In this document: positions 38,735-51,152 of the stretch, piece after piece
How the letters are laid out: every line of letters starts with the position of its first letter
How positions within the stretch are numbered: position 1 is the first letter of the stretch
Source: Lama guanicoe
Taxonomy: Eukaryota
Direction of reading: 5' to 3'
Assembly (NCBI GenBank): GCA_013239625.1
Contig: MU054187.1
Span: forward strand, 19,088,711-19,152,710
DNA length: 64,000 nucleotides
Translations under genes and position numbers: made by a program
The notes under the pieces: generated by a model
The model's input: the letters and a program-made list of their open reading frames with translations, nothing else
The model's database searches: none
Told to the model about the DNA's origin: nothing

Positions 38735-40331
38735 TGCCAAAATAAAGCCATTCTAACACCAAAAAATGTAGGAACTACACAAAAGACTGGCTTTAGGTGG
38801 AGAACTTCATCATGGACCAGAGCGTGGAGGATCCAACATACCACTTGACTATTTTACCGATTATTTCTGATCACCATTGCAGGCATGCAGTCAGTGTCTA
38901 CTAAGGTTTATGAGGTCTTTTTAAAATGCTACTGGGATGGAACTATCAGTAGTATGGTCAAACTGTAGAAATTAAATATCTTACCACTGACGTAGACAAA
39001 GACTAATATATACAACTTCATCCTTCCTCAGTGGACCAGTCGCTTGCTTTGGAAGTTTCAAGCTTGGGGAATCTACGCAGTCATGGAATGAAACTATCAT
39101 TGCCTTAAAGCAGGCATCCCATGCTTTTCCAGCACTTTCGCCTTGTGATGCTGCAGCTCTGGCGAACGTAGAGAATTAAGTGGAGCAAGGAACTCCCCGC
39201 TCTCTGATAAGACACTGCACTGCGTTCCTGAGTCCACAATCTGGAACCAACAACAACATAGGGGACTCAGCCTTGGTCTAACATCTCTTAGATGACACAC
39301 GAAATGTTCCTTGGGAGTAATGTCAGTCAACTGAGAGAAATAAAGCCCCTGAGACTCAAGGAATGAACATTAAAACTAGATACCCCATCTTTCTCCCTGT
39401 AGGATTATTAATTTTTTTCCTTACTAAATTAAAAAAAAATGTGCTTGTTTGATTTTAGAGTCCAAAGGTACAGGAATAAGAGAACAAAGATAAGGTATTT
39501 GATCCAATGAATTAAACATCCCTTTTCCAAAAGGTTGATTATAATTTTGACTAGAGTAACAGTGGTCTTTTTAATTTTTCCCCGAATGGTCAGATTTACA
39601 TGAAACCATTGCCTGGCTTTGCTTTTCAGCTTTCCTCCCTCACTCTAGGGTTCTCGCGTCTGCCCACAGCCCTGCATCACACTCGTGGCACAGATCACCC
39701 TCTAAGCTGCCACCTGCTATCGCCTCCCACCTTTGATCCTTTGCCATCATCAGTGTAGTCTTCAAACAGCACTGCTGTGTTCTAACTGCAACAACAAGTG
39801 CGCTCCTCAGTGGAAAAATACCACATTCCAGCTCGGTGAAGCAGGTGGTGTGTGCTTCGTAGGATGGGAGAGAAAGTGGTATCTCTTCCTTTCAAACAAG
39901 AAGGAGACGACCATCAGCACATCAGCAAATGAAGTCGTGCTCGATGAATTCTAAGTGCCGCCTCACAACTGAAAATGTGGCAAAGTCTGAAAAATCAGCT
40001 TTTAGAAAGTGTTTAGGTCCATTATTTCAACCCAAATTCTGAGCTTTGAAAAAAAAAATAAAAACAAAAAACGATTTTCCCATCTTTCAAATAATGCAGA
40101 TAGACCAGATGATTTTCAAGATGCTCATGATTTTTCTTGTTCTGGGAGATGTAAAATCTGACACTGGCATAAAACAATGGCCACCACACTCAGCCTTACC
40201 CTGGCACGTACTGTGTAGATGCCTGACACGTTTCAGAGGCATCATGTGGATGAGATACCACATTTCATTTCTAGCCCAGGCAGACAGAAGAAAAGGCTTG
40301 CGTTTCTGCTTTATGTGGACAATTAGAATTT

Positions 40332-40418
40332 TTTTGTGTTCTGTTTTATTGAAGTACAGTCAGTTTACAATGTTGTGTCAATTTCTGGTGTGCAGCAAAA
40401 TGTTTCAGTCATACGTAT
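40332..40418 (-). mobile_element. Very short young L1 3' end with perfect 12-bp TSD
   Basis: TTTTATTGAAGTACAGTCAGTTTACAATGTTGTGTCAATTTCTGGTG. TSD CAATTAGAATTT at 40320-40331 and 40419-40430. Confidence 0.9.
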
Positions 40419-41394
40419 CAATTAGAATTTATATAATTAAATTACTTAGAACCTGGGAAACAAAGAGAAAGCAACAATCATATTCGGACTTTGAAGTTTC
40501 AGCTGTAGGTTCAGAAAAACTCAGTGTTTTTTCATTTCTGTTCTTGGAAGAAGGTTTTCCCCCCTATTAAGGCTGTTTCCTCTGAAGCCAAATAGGACAC
40601 ATGGAGTTTCAATGATGTGAAAACCAAACACCATAACCAAGAGCGGGAGCCACCCCTATGCCGTTGACAGATCCTTGTAAATGCAGAGAACTCTGCCCAG
40701 TTCTGACTGGGGCTAATAAGGAAGAAGATTGATACGAAACAGAGAGATGTGCTTCATGGCAAACTCCTCTGCCAATAGGTAACTTCTCGACGTGACAACT
40801 GCTGTTCAGGGCCATGCTGTCCTCGGGCTGATGCCATAGCTACACAAAGAAATCGTTTCTCACTTTTGCACACGGTTTTACCACTCATCGAAGGAATGGC
40901 TGAAGCAGAAGCTCCATTTTTGCCACAGATGCTGGAGCAAATTTGCAAACTGGTGTGGTCTCGCATGTGATATCAGAAGAAGCCAACATCAGACTCAGTC
41001 AGCTCAGCTGGGCATGAATCCGAAGGAAATGCAAGGAGCCTAATTCCAACATAATAACGACTCCCTCTCTTTACAGAGGTGGTAACAGAAGGGGGGATTC
41101 AGTACATAGAGAAAATTCCGAGCCTGGACACATCAAACACAGCAATGAAGATCTATGGACACCTGTTCCTTTCTGGATGTGCTGCTCTGGCCTCTTGCTG
41201 GTGCAGAGAGTAGGCGAGAACCTTGTCCCTGGGTGACACGTTCAGGTGGGTCCAGTGGTGGTGGCTCTTCAGCACTGCTAAGCAGAGCTTGCCATGATGT
41301 GATGAATGAAGTATGGAGCCCTCATGGCCGAGAGCAATGGATGAGAGCTCATGTACTCAGGTTCCTACCTCCTCAGTGGAGAACAGTGTGTGGG

Positions 41395-41846
41395 TTTTCT
41401 TTTCAATTGAAACATATTAGTTGATAGACAATATTATGTTAGTTTTAAGTGAACTACTGACTGATTTGACATTTGCATACATTATAAAATGATCACCATG
41501 CTGAGGCTAGTAACTATCCCCATCCAAAGTTACCGCAACATTATTGACCATATTCTTTATGCTGAATACCACAGCCCTGTGACTTATTTATTATAGAACT
41601 GGAGGTTTGTGTTTCTTAATCCCCTATGCCTATTTCCCCTACTCTCCCAGGCCTTTTACTCTCTATCTATGAGTCTGTTTATGTCTTGTCCCTTTGTTTG
41701 TTTAGAGACACATATAAGTATTATCATGTAGTATTTGTCTTTGTCTGACTTATTTCACTTACCAAGATATCCTCTAGATCCATCCATGTTGTTGCAAAAG
41801 TCAAAACTTCATTTTTTTAATGAATTCCATTGTGTGTGTATATATA

Positions 41847-41904
<58 letters not shown>

Positions 41905-42010
41905 ACATTTTTTTTATTCATTCACCCATTGATGGACACTGCGGTTGCTTCCATATCTTGGCTATTGTATAGTGCTGCAGTGAACACTGGGGTGAATGTG
42001 TCTTTTCCAT
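41395..42010 (-). mobile_element. L1 3' region containing a (TG)n(TA)n microsatellite (~41831-41901)
   Basis: TGACTTATTTCACTT...GATCCATCCATGTTGTTGCAAA...GCTTCCATATCTTGGCTATTG. Confidence 0.85.
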
Positions 42011-42399
42011 GAAGAAGTGACTGTTTGCCAAATCCAGTCAAAACAGATACTGAGTGGGGCAGGGTCATCCAGATCCTTTCATCATTTAGGGATGAAGCCG
42101 TACAAGCAAAGCTCACCTCGAGAAAAGCCAGTCTATGAAAATCAAGATGTAAAGGGGTGGTATTCACTTTAAAATAAAATGTTTTAAAGGGGAAAGCACT
42201 TCTAGTAACGTGTTCACACTATGATTATGTTTTGACTATTCAGGTTGGTCTGTAGATCACTCGTAAGTACAATTACTGTGCATTCGACTTTTGTGTTTGT
42301 TATTATAGCTTTATTGCTAAAGGTAACTTGGATTGATCATGACTAAAGCCAAACCGCTTATTTCCCTCTGCTCAGTCGATCTTCTTTCGTATTATTATT

Positions 42400-42780
42400 T
42401 TTTTTCTTTTGAATAGCACCACCAACCACCTTCTCCATCCAGATGCCCAAGCCAGAATTTCTGGAACCATCCTGAGTCCCCTTTCATCCTTACCAGGCTT
42501 CCCGCCTGCTCTATCCCCCAAGTTTGGCAGAGTCTGCACCTCACGCTGTCTTGAACGCAGCCCTCTTCCCGGATGCTTCTGTCCTGGCCAAAAGTTTCAC
42601 AATGATTCCTCTCAGATTTCTCCACCAGCCTCTTACTCTTTCTGCCTTCAGTGTTGAAACCTGTATGCACGCCCTCCCTACCTCCTCATCTCCAGGGCAC
42701 ACCAGATGACTTTTCTGAAATGTCAATCTACGTTATCACTTGAACAGCTCTCCATAACCTAACAGATAAAAATCAAATTC
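42400..42780 (+). mobile_element. L2 remnant
   Basis: CATCCAGATGCCCAAGCCAGAA...CACCAGATGACTTTTCTGAAATG. Confidence 0.5.
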
Positions 42781-43331
42781 TGAAAGTTTTCCGAGTTAAG
42801 CCTAACTCCCCAGCGCTTGACTTGGCCTGTTAGAACTGCTAATGGTGGTCACCACAGGGAATGTCACAGTATCTGGTAACAACTACAGAGGCTCTCTCAA
42901 ACTCTGGAAATGAAGCTGCTGTCATATTTTTCAAAAAACCAGAATTGTGGCTATATCGATTTAACCTTTTACTTAGATGGAATTTAAACATCTCCATAAT
43001 GATTGTAATTGTACAAACACATCAGTTATTCACAACTGAGAATCATTTTCCCTTTAGGAGACTGACTGGAGTTGTGCTGCAGATTTTTTCCAGCTCAGTA
43101 TTCCCCGAGCCATACATGCTGCAGTGTCCCTCTCCTTACACGGGGGTACTTCTTCCTCCCCCACTAACCCTTAAGAAACGCTGTCATAGGCAGCTACTTT
43201 CCCACGCTGTCACTGTGAGTGAGGCACTTTCTTCATGTGTGTCAAGGCAGAAGAAAAGAGAAAGCACTGGCTTAGGGATAAATGGCAAGTTGGACTGAGA
43301 TGTGTAATTAACTGACGCTTTACTCTGAACC

Positions 43332-43665
43332 CGCAACCTCCAATGGTCGTCATTAGCCACCGTGCCTACGGAGCCCCTGAAGGGTGCCCAGTCCAAACTG
43401 AGATGTGCTATAGGAGTGAAATACACACTGGATTCTGAAAACTTAGCATATAAAAAAGAATGTAAAATATCTCATTAGTAACATTTCATATTGATTAACT
43501 AATATAACAAGTATTTGAAATAGTAGTATTTGGGATATGTTGAGTTAAATACTAAATAGTATTAAAATTTTTTCACCTGTTCCTTTATCCTGTTTATAAT
43601 GCAGCTATTAACATTTTTTAAATGACATATGTCACTCATATTAAGTATCTACTGGACAATGCTGC
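43332..43665 (-). mobile_element. MER33-like element
   Basis: AACTGAGATGTGCTATAGGAGTGAAATACACACTGGATT...CTACTGGACAATGCTG. Confidence 0.8.
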
Positions 43666-44134
43666 TCAAACCTGATTCTTTTTAAATAAATAAATGACCA
43701 CCATCTTGTTTCATTATTTGCCTTTCTGTGATAAAAGCCGAATACAGAATCCATTTTGGCAGTGGGAGGTAGTGGGAATCCAATTATTTCTATCACCCGA
43801 TTGTTCAATTTTGAACAGAAGTAGGGAGAAAAAAAGATGCTGCGTAAAATCTAAACATAAGCCAATTCTTCAGAGGCGACCAGGGGCACCACGAAAGCAG
43901 AGTAACGGCGCTCCTAAGCGTTATGGGGTATTCCGGCACACCCAACCCGTGCAACAGAGTCAGTGGTCCACTTGGCACAATGCTGCTACCGGTCCACCTG
44001 AAGTTTCGGTTGTTAAATGTTCTCCATTTTGCTGCCAGAAGTGATTTATACAGAAAAGCACTTATCAATTATTCAAGGACTCTTTGGAAGTGGTGCCTGC
44101 AAGTGCCTGAATCTCACACTTAAAAAAAAAAGTT

Positions 44135-44520
44135 AAAGTAATAAAGTATAGTTAGTTTACAATACTGTGTTGGTTTCAGGTGTACAGCATAGTGATTCAG
44201 GGTTTTTTTTTGCAGATTATATTTCATAATAGCTTATTATGAGATATTGGGTATAGTTTCCTGTGCTATACAGTAAATCCTTACTGTGTATCTATTTTAT
44301 GTACAGTAGTTTGTATCTGTTCATCCCCAGCTCCTAATTTGTCTCTTCCCCGTTCCCTCTGGTAACCATATGTTTGCTGTCTATGCCTGTGAGTCTATTT
44401 TTGTTTTGCATATACGTTCAATAGTATTATTTTTTAGATTCCACATATAAATGATATCATATAGTATTTGTCTTTCTCTGTTTGACTTTTGAATAAGCCT
44501 AATATTCTCTAGGTTACACT
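44135..44520 (-). mobile_element. Artiodactyl L1 3' end
   Basis: GGTGTACAGCATAGTGATTCAG...CCTGTGCTATACAGTAAATCC...TTAGATTCCACATATAA. Confidence 0.9.
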
Positions 44521-46839
44521 TTCAGTATTTTATTCAGTAGTACGCAAATGATGCCCAGAGCATATCCTTCGTTAATAGCAAAGTGACATGAATTATTAAT
44601 CATTTGAAAAATTCATATTAATACCCAAAATTCAAAATTCACAATGCAATTATAAAGAGGTGGCACATTCTAATTTGGCACGAATATGTGCTTATAACAA
44701 AGGGATATAAAACAAAATTATTGGACTTTGGTGAATTTTAAATGCCATATCTAAAGTCAACACAAATAAGAAATGTGTAAAGTTTTCTTTCAAACAGACA
44801 CACATACACAACCTGAGCCAAATTTCTGTCACAAAACACACGCTTTTCTAAGTTATGGCTAAGAAAATAAAGTTAGCGTCAATCAGTGTCACCAGTGTTA
44901 GTACAAGAAAGAGAACTGCTGGTTCTCTAATTTACCTTATTAACTTCTTTCATAGTTTTATAGAATATTATGACAGTGGAGTTGCAGCATGTGTGCATTT
45001 AAATTACAGAAATTCAACTATAAGCGTCTGGCAGGAAGAGACAGAACAACAGACAGAAATCCTACCACTCTGTTCAATGAAATTTTGAGTAGGAAGGGAG
45101 AGAATAATTGTCTGTTTTTCAACTGGTTTCAGATCCCAGGTCTTTCATGGTGGGTACTGGTCTCACAGATGATTGAAGACTTTGTAAATGATAACTTCAT
45201 TGCTACTTAACCTTGACTTAGCTGCTGACTTCAGAATCTAAATCCCCAGCAAGGTGTGACTTGACTGGGTACCGATGGCACAAGGTGCTCATTAAGTCAC
45301 AATGTCAATTACATCGGTTCCTAGCAATTTCCTGTCTCTGTCCCTCTATCCACATGATCACACTTGTGCTTTGGAAAGATCATTTTGGCTGCTGTGTAAC
45401 AAACAGACAGACTGCAGCAAGAAAACGGGAACAACAGTTACTTGCTGCCCCGAATTACTAAAACGATGGGAAGGGATGGAAGTGGATAAAGGTTCCCTGG
45501 AAAAGATGGTCTTTCTAAGCTACTTTGTGGAGATTGCTTCAGTTTGGTACATTTATATTCCCCTCCCAATATGTTTTTTTTTTCTTCTCCCGAAAAGAAA
45601 ATGTTCAATAAGTAAGCTTAAAGAGATCTTTTAACCTTTTTCCCCTTTCAGTAGTTTTATATTGGTTACAGTGTTTGTGACCTGAAAAAGTTTTTAATAC
45701 ATGTAAATATTAAACACTTGCTCCAGAAACTGCTACGTTTTTGGAGATTCAGAAATAATGATACCAAGCTTGCCTTATCTCTCATGTAACTGCAAGTTTG
45801 ACATAAAAGACTTTGCTCTAAATGATATATAGAACATTAAAGACAAAGGAGAAAATGTCGAGAAGGCCATTGAAAATGGTAGCCAAATTAATTCACAATT
45901 TTCTGTTGTACCCAGAAGATACTGCTAGTAGCTTGGATCCTTTCCTAACTTTAAACTCCAAGGTTAACAAGTTTCTTAAGTTTTTTTTTAAAAATTAAAC
46001 AATTCTCAGAAAGGCACTCTATAAGGAGAAGACGATTTCATTTTACCACACAAGTGATATATGTGACATCACTATATTTTAAAACCCTGCAAAACAAACA
46101 GTGGATGGCTCAGTTTTCTCTCTTTTTTTTCCCCAAAAGCAAACTAACAATCTAGAGTATTCTAATAAACTGCTGTTAGGTCTAGGAACCTTTTTGGCCA
46201 AATTTTTCTTTCTCTGTCGCTGCTGGTTTGCTAATAGATTTCTTTAGTTGTAGAATTATAATTAGAAGACAGTTACCACTTTGCATAATCAAACTGTAAT
46301 TGCTATTTGGGTGAAATCCAACCAATTTAAGCATCAGTACTTCCAAAAAAACAATGCCTGGCAAAAAGAGAATAACAAATACCATGCTCTAATGATCCAG
46401 GTTATCTAATAATGTTTGTCTAATGGTTGAGGTTTTTTCCTTTTCTTTTTTTTTTTTTTTATGTAACTGACAATAAATGAATGTGCTCTGACAAACACTA
46501 ATGGTGGTAATAAGAAACAAAAATTCACTTGGTGTCAGAAACCTACAGGTTTTAAGTCTGTCCCTTGTTAAATTTGTGCTCTAGTGGCTGAATTTGTTTC
46601 CAGCGCCCAGAGAATTTCCAGGCATACACATGTCTTGCTCTAGAAGCCAAAAAGCTCAGTTGCAGGCCCTGGCTCTGTAGGATCAATGAACACAGCTAGG
46701 TTGCTAGCTGCCCACCCTCCTGTCCACTTTCTGACCTGGTTCTTCAGCCTTCCTAGGAACTTTGTAAGTTTTTCAGAAAATTCCACCCTTTGTTAAATCA
46801 GCCAGTCATTTCCTGTTGCTTACGCCCAAGAAACCTCAC

Positions 46840-47580
46840 ATCTACTTCAAAAATGAATCTCAAGTCTGTCCACTTTTCATCTCAGCTGTCACCACTCTAG
46901 CCCAGACTCTCATGACATCCTTTCTGCACCAAGGCCGTAGCTTCTCGACTGGTCTCCCTGAATCCATCCTTGTCCTCTTCCAACCCAGTCTACACATAAC
47001 AGATCACGTGCCCATTCCTAAACCCAAAAGGAGTCATGATCATTCTTCTCCAAAAAATTATTCTCACTGACCTAAATATATAATTAAAAACGCTTTAATG
47101 CAGTCAGTATAGCTCGACAGGATGTGGCTCCTGCTTCCCTCCCCAACCTCGTGCCCTGCGGCTCTCCCCCATTCTCTGGGCTCAGCCCCCCAGCCTTCTT
47201 CTCACCCCGGGGCTTCCCTGCATGCTCTGCTCTACGTAGAACGCTTCCTTTCCTCCATGGTCCACCTGCCTAGCTCTTCTTCACTCTTGAGGTGTCAGTT
47301 AAAATGTGCTTCCTCAGAGAGACCTTCCTTTATGCCCCAATCTAAAATAAGTCTTCCTATTTATGACCCTCATGATACCCTGTACATTCCATCTATTAAA
47401 ATTATTAGAATTTATAATTATGTATTTATTTGGGGGTTGTTTAGAATCTCTTTCTCTCTCTCTTTCTCTCTGTCTCCCCTCAGTTCTACGAGGGCGAGAA
47501 ATATGTGTAATTTATTCTACCTTGTATTCCAGTATCTGGAACATAAAATCCACTTAATTAATAGATTTGTTGAATAAATT
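46840..47580 (+). mobile_element. L2 3' region (LTR-like fragment just upstream, ~46600-46840)
   Basis: TCTACTTCAAAAAT...TTCCTCAGAGAGACCTTCC...ATTTGTTGAATAAAT terminus. Confidence 0.7.
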
Positions 47581-48514
47581 AAAAACTGAAATGGTCTTCT
47601 GGTGATTGAATACTAGTAGACATTTCATCAGGTCATTCTCATTCATATCATCTTCCTGGTCTTATTGGAATTGAATAACATGGCACTGTTTGTTCTCATT
47701 AAAAGTCTTATCTGTGTATGTAGTTCTTGTTAATAGATGTCATCCACAAACTATTGGCAAGGCATATAACTGGCTTGTTGTTGGTTGTTAGTCAATTAAT
47801 AGAATTAGACTCAGAAAGACATAACTCATCTTCTCGTCTGTAATGAGAACTCAGTATTCATGAACGTTCTCATAATGTTAAGCAAGAAACTTTTTTTTTC
47901 TAAATACTTACAGTGATAACCCTTAGAAACAGGAAGAAGGAAAAGAAAACAGGTTACCATTCATCCCATTTTTCTCGATTCTATCCAAAGTGGATCCATG
48001 GTTGCTGATGGTGGTCCAATAACCCTGTGGAACCTACAAGCAATTACTAAAGCTTATTTTTAAAGCTGTGGGGTGCCAGCCATTGTTTCTGACTGTTCCA
48101 AAGATTTCCTCCCTTTATTCATGAGAACAGACAAAGGCATATGATCCAGGCTGGTCACAGTGCTCTATGCCCCGGCCATACTGGTTGGTCCCCGAATGGC
48201 TCTGACAAAAGCTGGGATCATCAGAGTCCTTGCTGGAAAATTTTTGGTGAAGAGAGAATGGAAGATAACCTCTTGCTTTGTGGCTCCCACTGAACCTCTT
48301 GCTTCTGCTTAGGTGCTAAAAGGTTAAAAAAAAAAAAATCTGGTACCTCCTCTGTTCATCTTCTCTACCAGGTAGAGAAAGCCATTCATAATGCTGAGAG
48401 AGTAGGGGGTGGGCAAGGAGAAAGACTTAATGATATCAATATGTAGATAAGTACAAATTTTTATTTAAATTTTTCAAAGGATAACTGACTATACTATTAA
48501 AGCTTTAAAGAAGA

Positions 48515-49700
48515 GTTAATACTGATTATTTACAAACTCTTCAAAAAAAAAAAAAGAAGAGAAGGGAACACTTCCTGACTTAGTCTCTAAAGCCAGAGAA
48601 AGATATTATAAGAAAAGAAAACTACAGGTCTGCATTGCCTATGAATATAGATGCAAAATCTCAACAAAATTCTAGCAAACCAGAGCAAAGAACAAATATC
48701 TGTGTGCGTGCACGTGTATGTATGCATGTGTGTGCATGTTTGTGTAGGTATGTGGGTTTTTTTAATTAAGGCATAGTTGGTTTACAATAGTATATAAGTT
48801 TCAGGTGTACAACACAGTGATTCACAAAATTTAAAGGTTATACTCCATTTATAGTTATTATAATATTGTCGATGCTCCCTGTGCTATACAATATATCCTT
48901 GTGGCTTATTTATTTTAAAAAAGTACTAGCAAAGCAAATCATGCAATAGATAAAAAGGATGATACTCCACAGTGATATTTATCCTAAGAATGCAAGATTG
49001 GTTTAATTCTGACAATCAATTAATGTAATATAAAATGTAGGATAGAGTAAAGGGCAAAAAGTACTCAATCGTCTCAACAGACACAAAAAGCATTTGACAT
49101 GAATTCAATACCATTTCACTAGAAAAACACTCAACAAACTGAGAATGGAAGGAAATTTTCTTAACCTGACATAGGGCAGCAACCAAAATCCCACAGTTAC
49201 TGTCATACTTAATGCCAAAGACTGACTGCTTCTCTCACAAATCAGGAACAAGACAAGATGTCCATGGATATTCAACACTGTACTAGAGGCTTTAGTCAGG
49301 GTAACTGGGTAAGAAAGAGAAATGAAAGGCATCTAGATTGAGAAGGAAGAAGTAAAACCATCTCTATTCACAGATGACACGATCTTGTATGTAGAAAATC
49401 CTAAGGAATCCACAAAACCTATTAGAACTAATAAGTAAATCCATCAAGGCTGTAGGATCCAAAATCAGTATACAAAAATCAGTTTTATTTCTATTCAGCA
49501 GCAATGAAAAAAATCTGAAAATAAATTAAGAAAATTTCATTTACGGAAGCAACAAAAATAATAAGATATGAATAAATTTTTTTAAAGTACAAAACTTGCA
49601 CTCTGAAGGTGATGCCTTTTTAGACACAATAGCAAAGACAGGAAAAAATTAGAAAAGCAAATAATCCTAAGTAGTGAAACAGAAGTAATGAATATATGAA
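48515..49700 (+). mobile_element. Old L1 ORF2 (RT region) remnant with a nested minus-strand L1 3' end at ~48760-48915
   Basis: ATAGATGCAAAATCTCAACAAAAT, AAAAGCATTTGACA, CTATTCACAGATGACACGATCTTGTATGTAGAAAATCC (F.DD motif region). Confidence 0.85.
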
Positions 49701-50388
49701 AATTTTCGATTAAAAAACTAAGGAAAGTAAAGAGGTCTATAATTTTACAAAGTCTGACAAACTTGGTAGCAGAATAGAAAAATACGTAATTTTCCAGAGA
49801 AGATGCTTTTGATTTCACACAGAAGGAAATGAAATTCTAATTACGAAAAGTGAATAGGTAAAAAAGGAACATTTATTCCTTTTTCAGAGATACTGTTTTC
49901 CTAGGTAGCTGTCAGAAACCGCTCGAACAAATGCAGAACTTTTCAAACAATTGCTTATGAAGTTGCATTAGAAATGGGTTTTGGTAACGAAATACATTTC
50001 ACACATTAAAAACAAGCAAGCTCTCGTGCTACAGCATTTCCTTTCTTTTCTTCATTCAACAAATATTTACTGAGCCCCTAGTATGTAAACAAACATTGTT
50101 CCAGTGCTAGGGACACAGCATGAATGAGATGAACTAAAATCACAGCCAACGTGGAACTGACTTTCTAGAGGAAATAAATGACAGGCAAGAAAACATATCA
50201 AGGACTAGCATGCAAATTCTACTACGAGTCCACTGTCATTCAGCTATAATATTATCCTTTGGTTCAGTGCTGCCAGATAGGGTTTAAGTAAAATTACGAT
50301 GTGGTAGAAAGCTTTTGATATTTCAAACAAACACACTGGGCCCAATTCTAAGCTGTAACTGTCTTAAAAGGATTACCATGATATAAAC

Positions 50389-50562
50389 CAGGGATCATCA
50401 AACTTCTTCTGTGATGAGTCACATATAAATATTTTAGGCTTTGCAGGGCACCTATGATCTATGTCCCATATTCTTCATTTTTTTTTAACCCTTTAAAAAT
50501 GTAAAACTACTCTTATCCGGCAGGCCAAACAAAAACAGGCCAGAGGCTGAATCTCTCCAACC
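50389..50562 (+). mobile_element. MER58-type MITE
   Basis: CAGGGATCATCAAAC...AAATATTTTAGGCTTTGCAGG...CCCTTTAAAAATGTAAAA. Confidence 0.7.
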
Positions 50563-50910
50563 GGTTCAACCAAAAGATCTGAGTACCCTTGCTTTTAAGT
50601 GGCTATGCTCAGTCCTACATTTCATGTTTCTTTTATACTGTTTTATATTTATTCTTTTGCTCTTTGTTATTCATTTGCCAAAATCGAATAAAACATTCTT
50701 TTCTAGGGCTACAGCAGTTGGAACTGCTGCAGCCTCGAAGTCAGTTCTGAAGAGCACGGCCACCTGCTCTATTTCACACAAGCAACAGAAGAAAGTTCTT
50801 GGCAGAAAACCCTTCTTAAGTCTATATGCTTGAGAGAGACACAGCGGAGATAGTACGCGCTCTCCCCTGACTTCCTGGGCAGACACACACAAGGTCTAAC
50901 ATCCCCTTAC

Positions 50911-51131
50911 CTTGCTGGAGGAACATCGATGTTGGAAGAAACAACTTTTCGTTTTTGCTCAAGGAGACAGATGGAGCGAGTGTTTTCTTTCTCATGGTCA
51001 AGCACTCGGTTGGCTTTTTTGGTGTCTGCTGTTTTCACATCTTCCTCCATGGCCAAGGGGAACAGGTGCTGATGAGACATCTTTTTACTAGAGTCACGTT
51101 TTAAGTCCTCTGGTTGAAATGTGAAGGTCAT
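50911..51131 (-). CDS. ZNF704: ZNF704 (zinc finger protein 704; ZNF395/SLC2A4RG C-clamp family), coding part of the ATG-bearing exon: 221 nt, codons 1-74, phase-2 donor
   Basis: Translation [74 protein letters not shown] matches the ZNF704 N-terminus as I recall it. ATG is at 51131-51129. The exon ends CCAGCAAG|GTAAGG, with the donor GT at 50910-50909. Confidence 0.95.
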
Positions 51132-51152
51132 TTCCCGCTTAACGCTCCCCAC
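50911..51152 (-). other. ZNF704: Full ZNF704 exon (242 nt) including 21 nt upstream of the ATG; likely exon 2
   Basis: Minus-strand acceptor TTTTTGCGTTTCACTTCACAG|GTGGGG (AG at 51154-51153) and donor AAG|GTAAGG. Confidence 0.9.

Larger units (their letters stand above)
1..50910 (-). other. ZNF704: ZNF704 intron downstream of the coding exon (continues beyond the window start)
   Basis: The next expected coding segment (KSSEELDMDKVTAAMVL..., from recall) is not in the ORF track and I did not see it in the sequence; the region is repeat-rich and non-coding. Confidence 0.8.

Noticed and set aside
40046..40570. 174-aa ORF
   Set aside because: Runs through an antisense L1 tail insertion; chance ORF.
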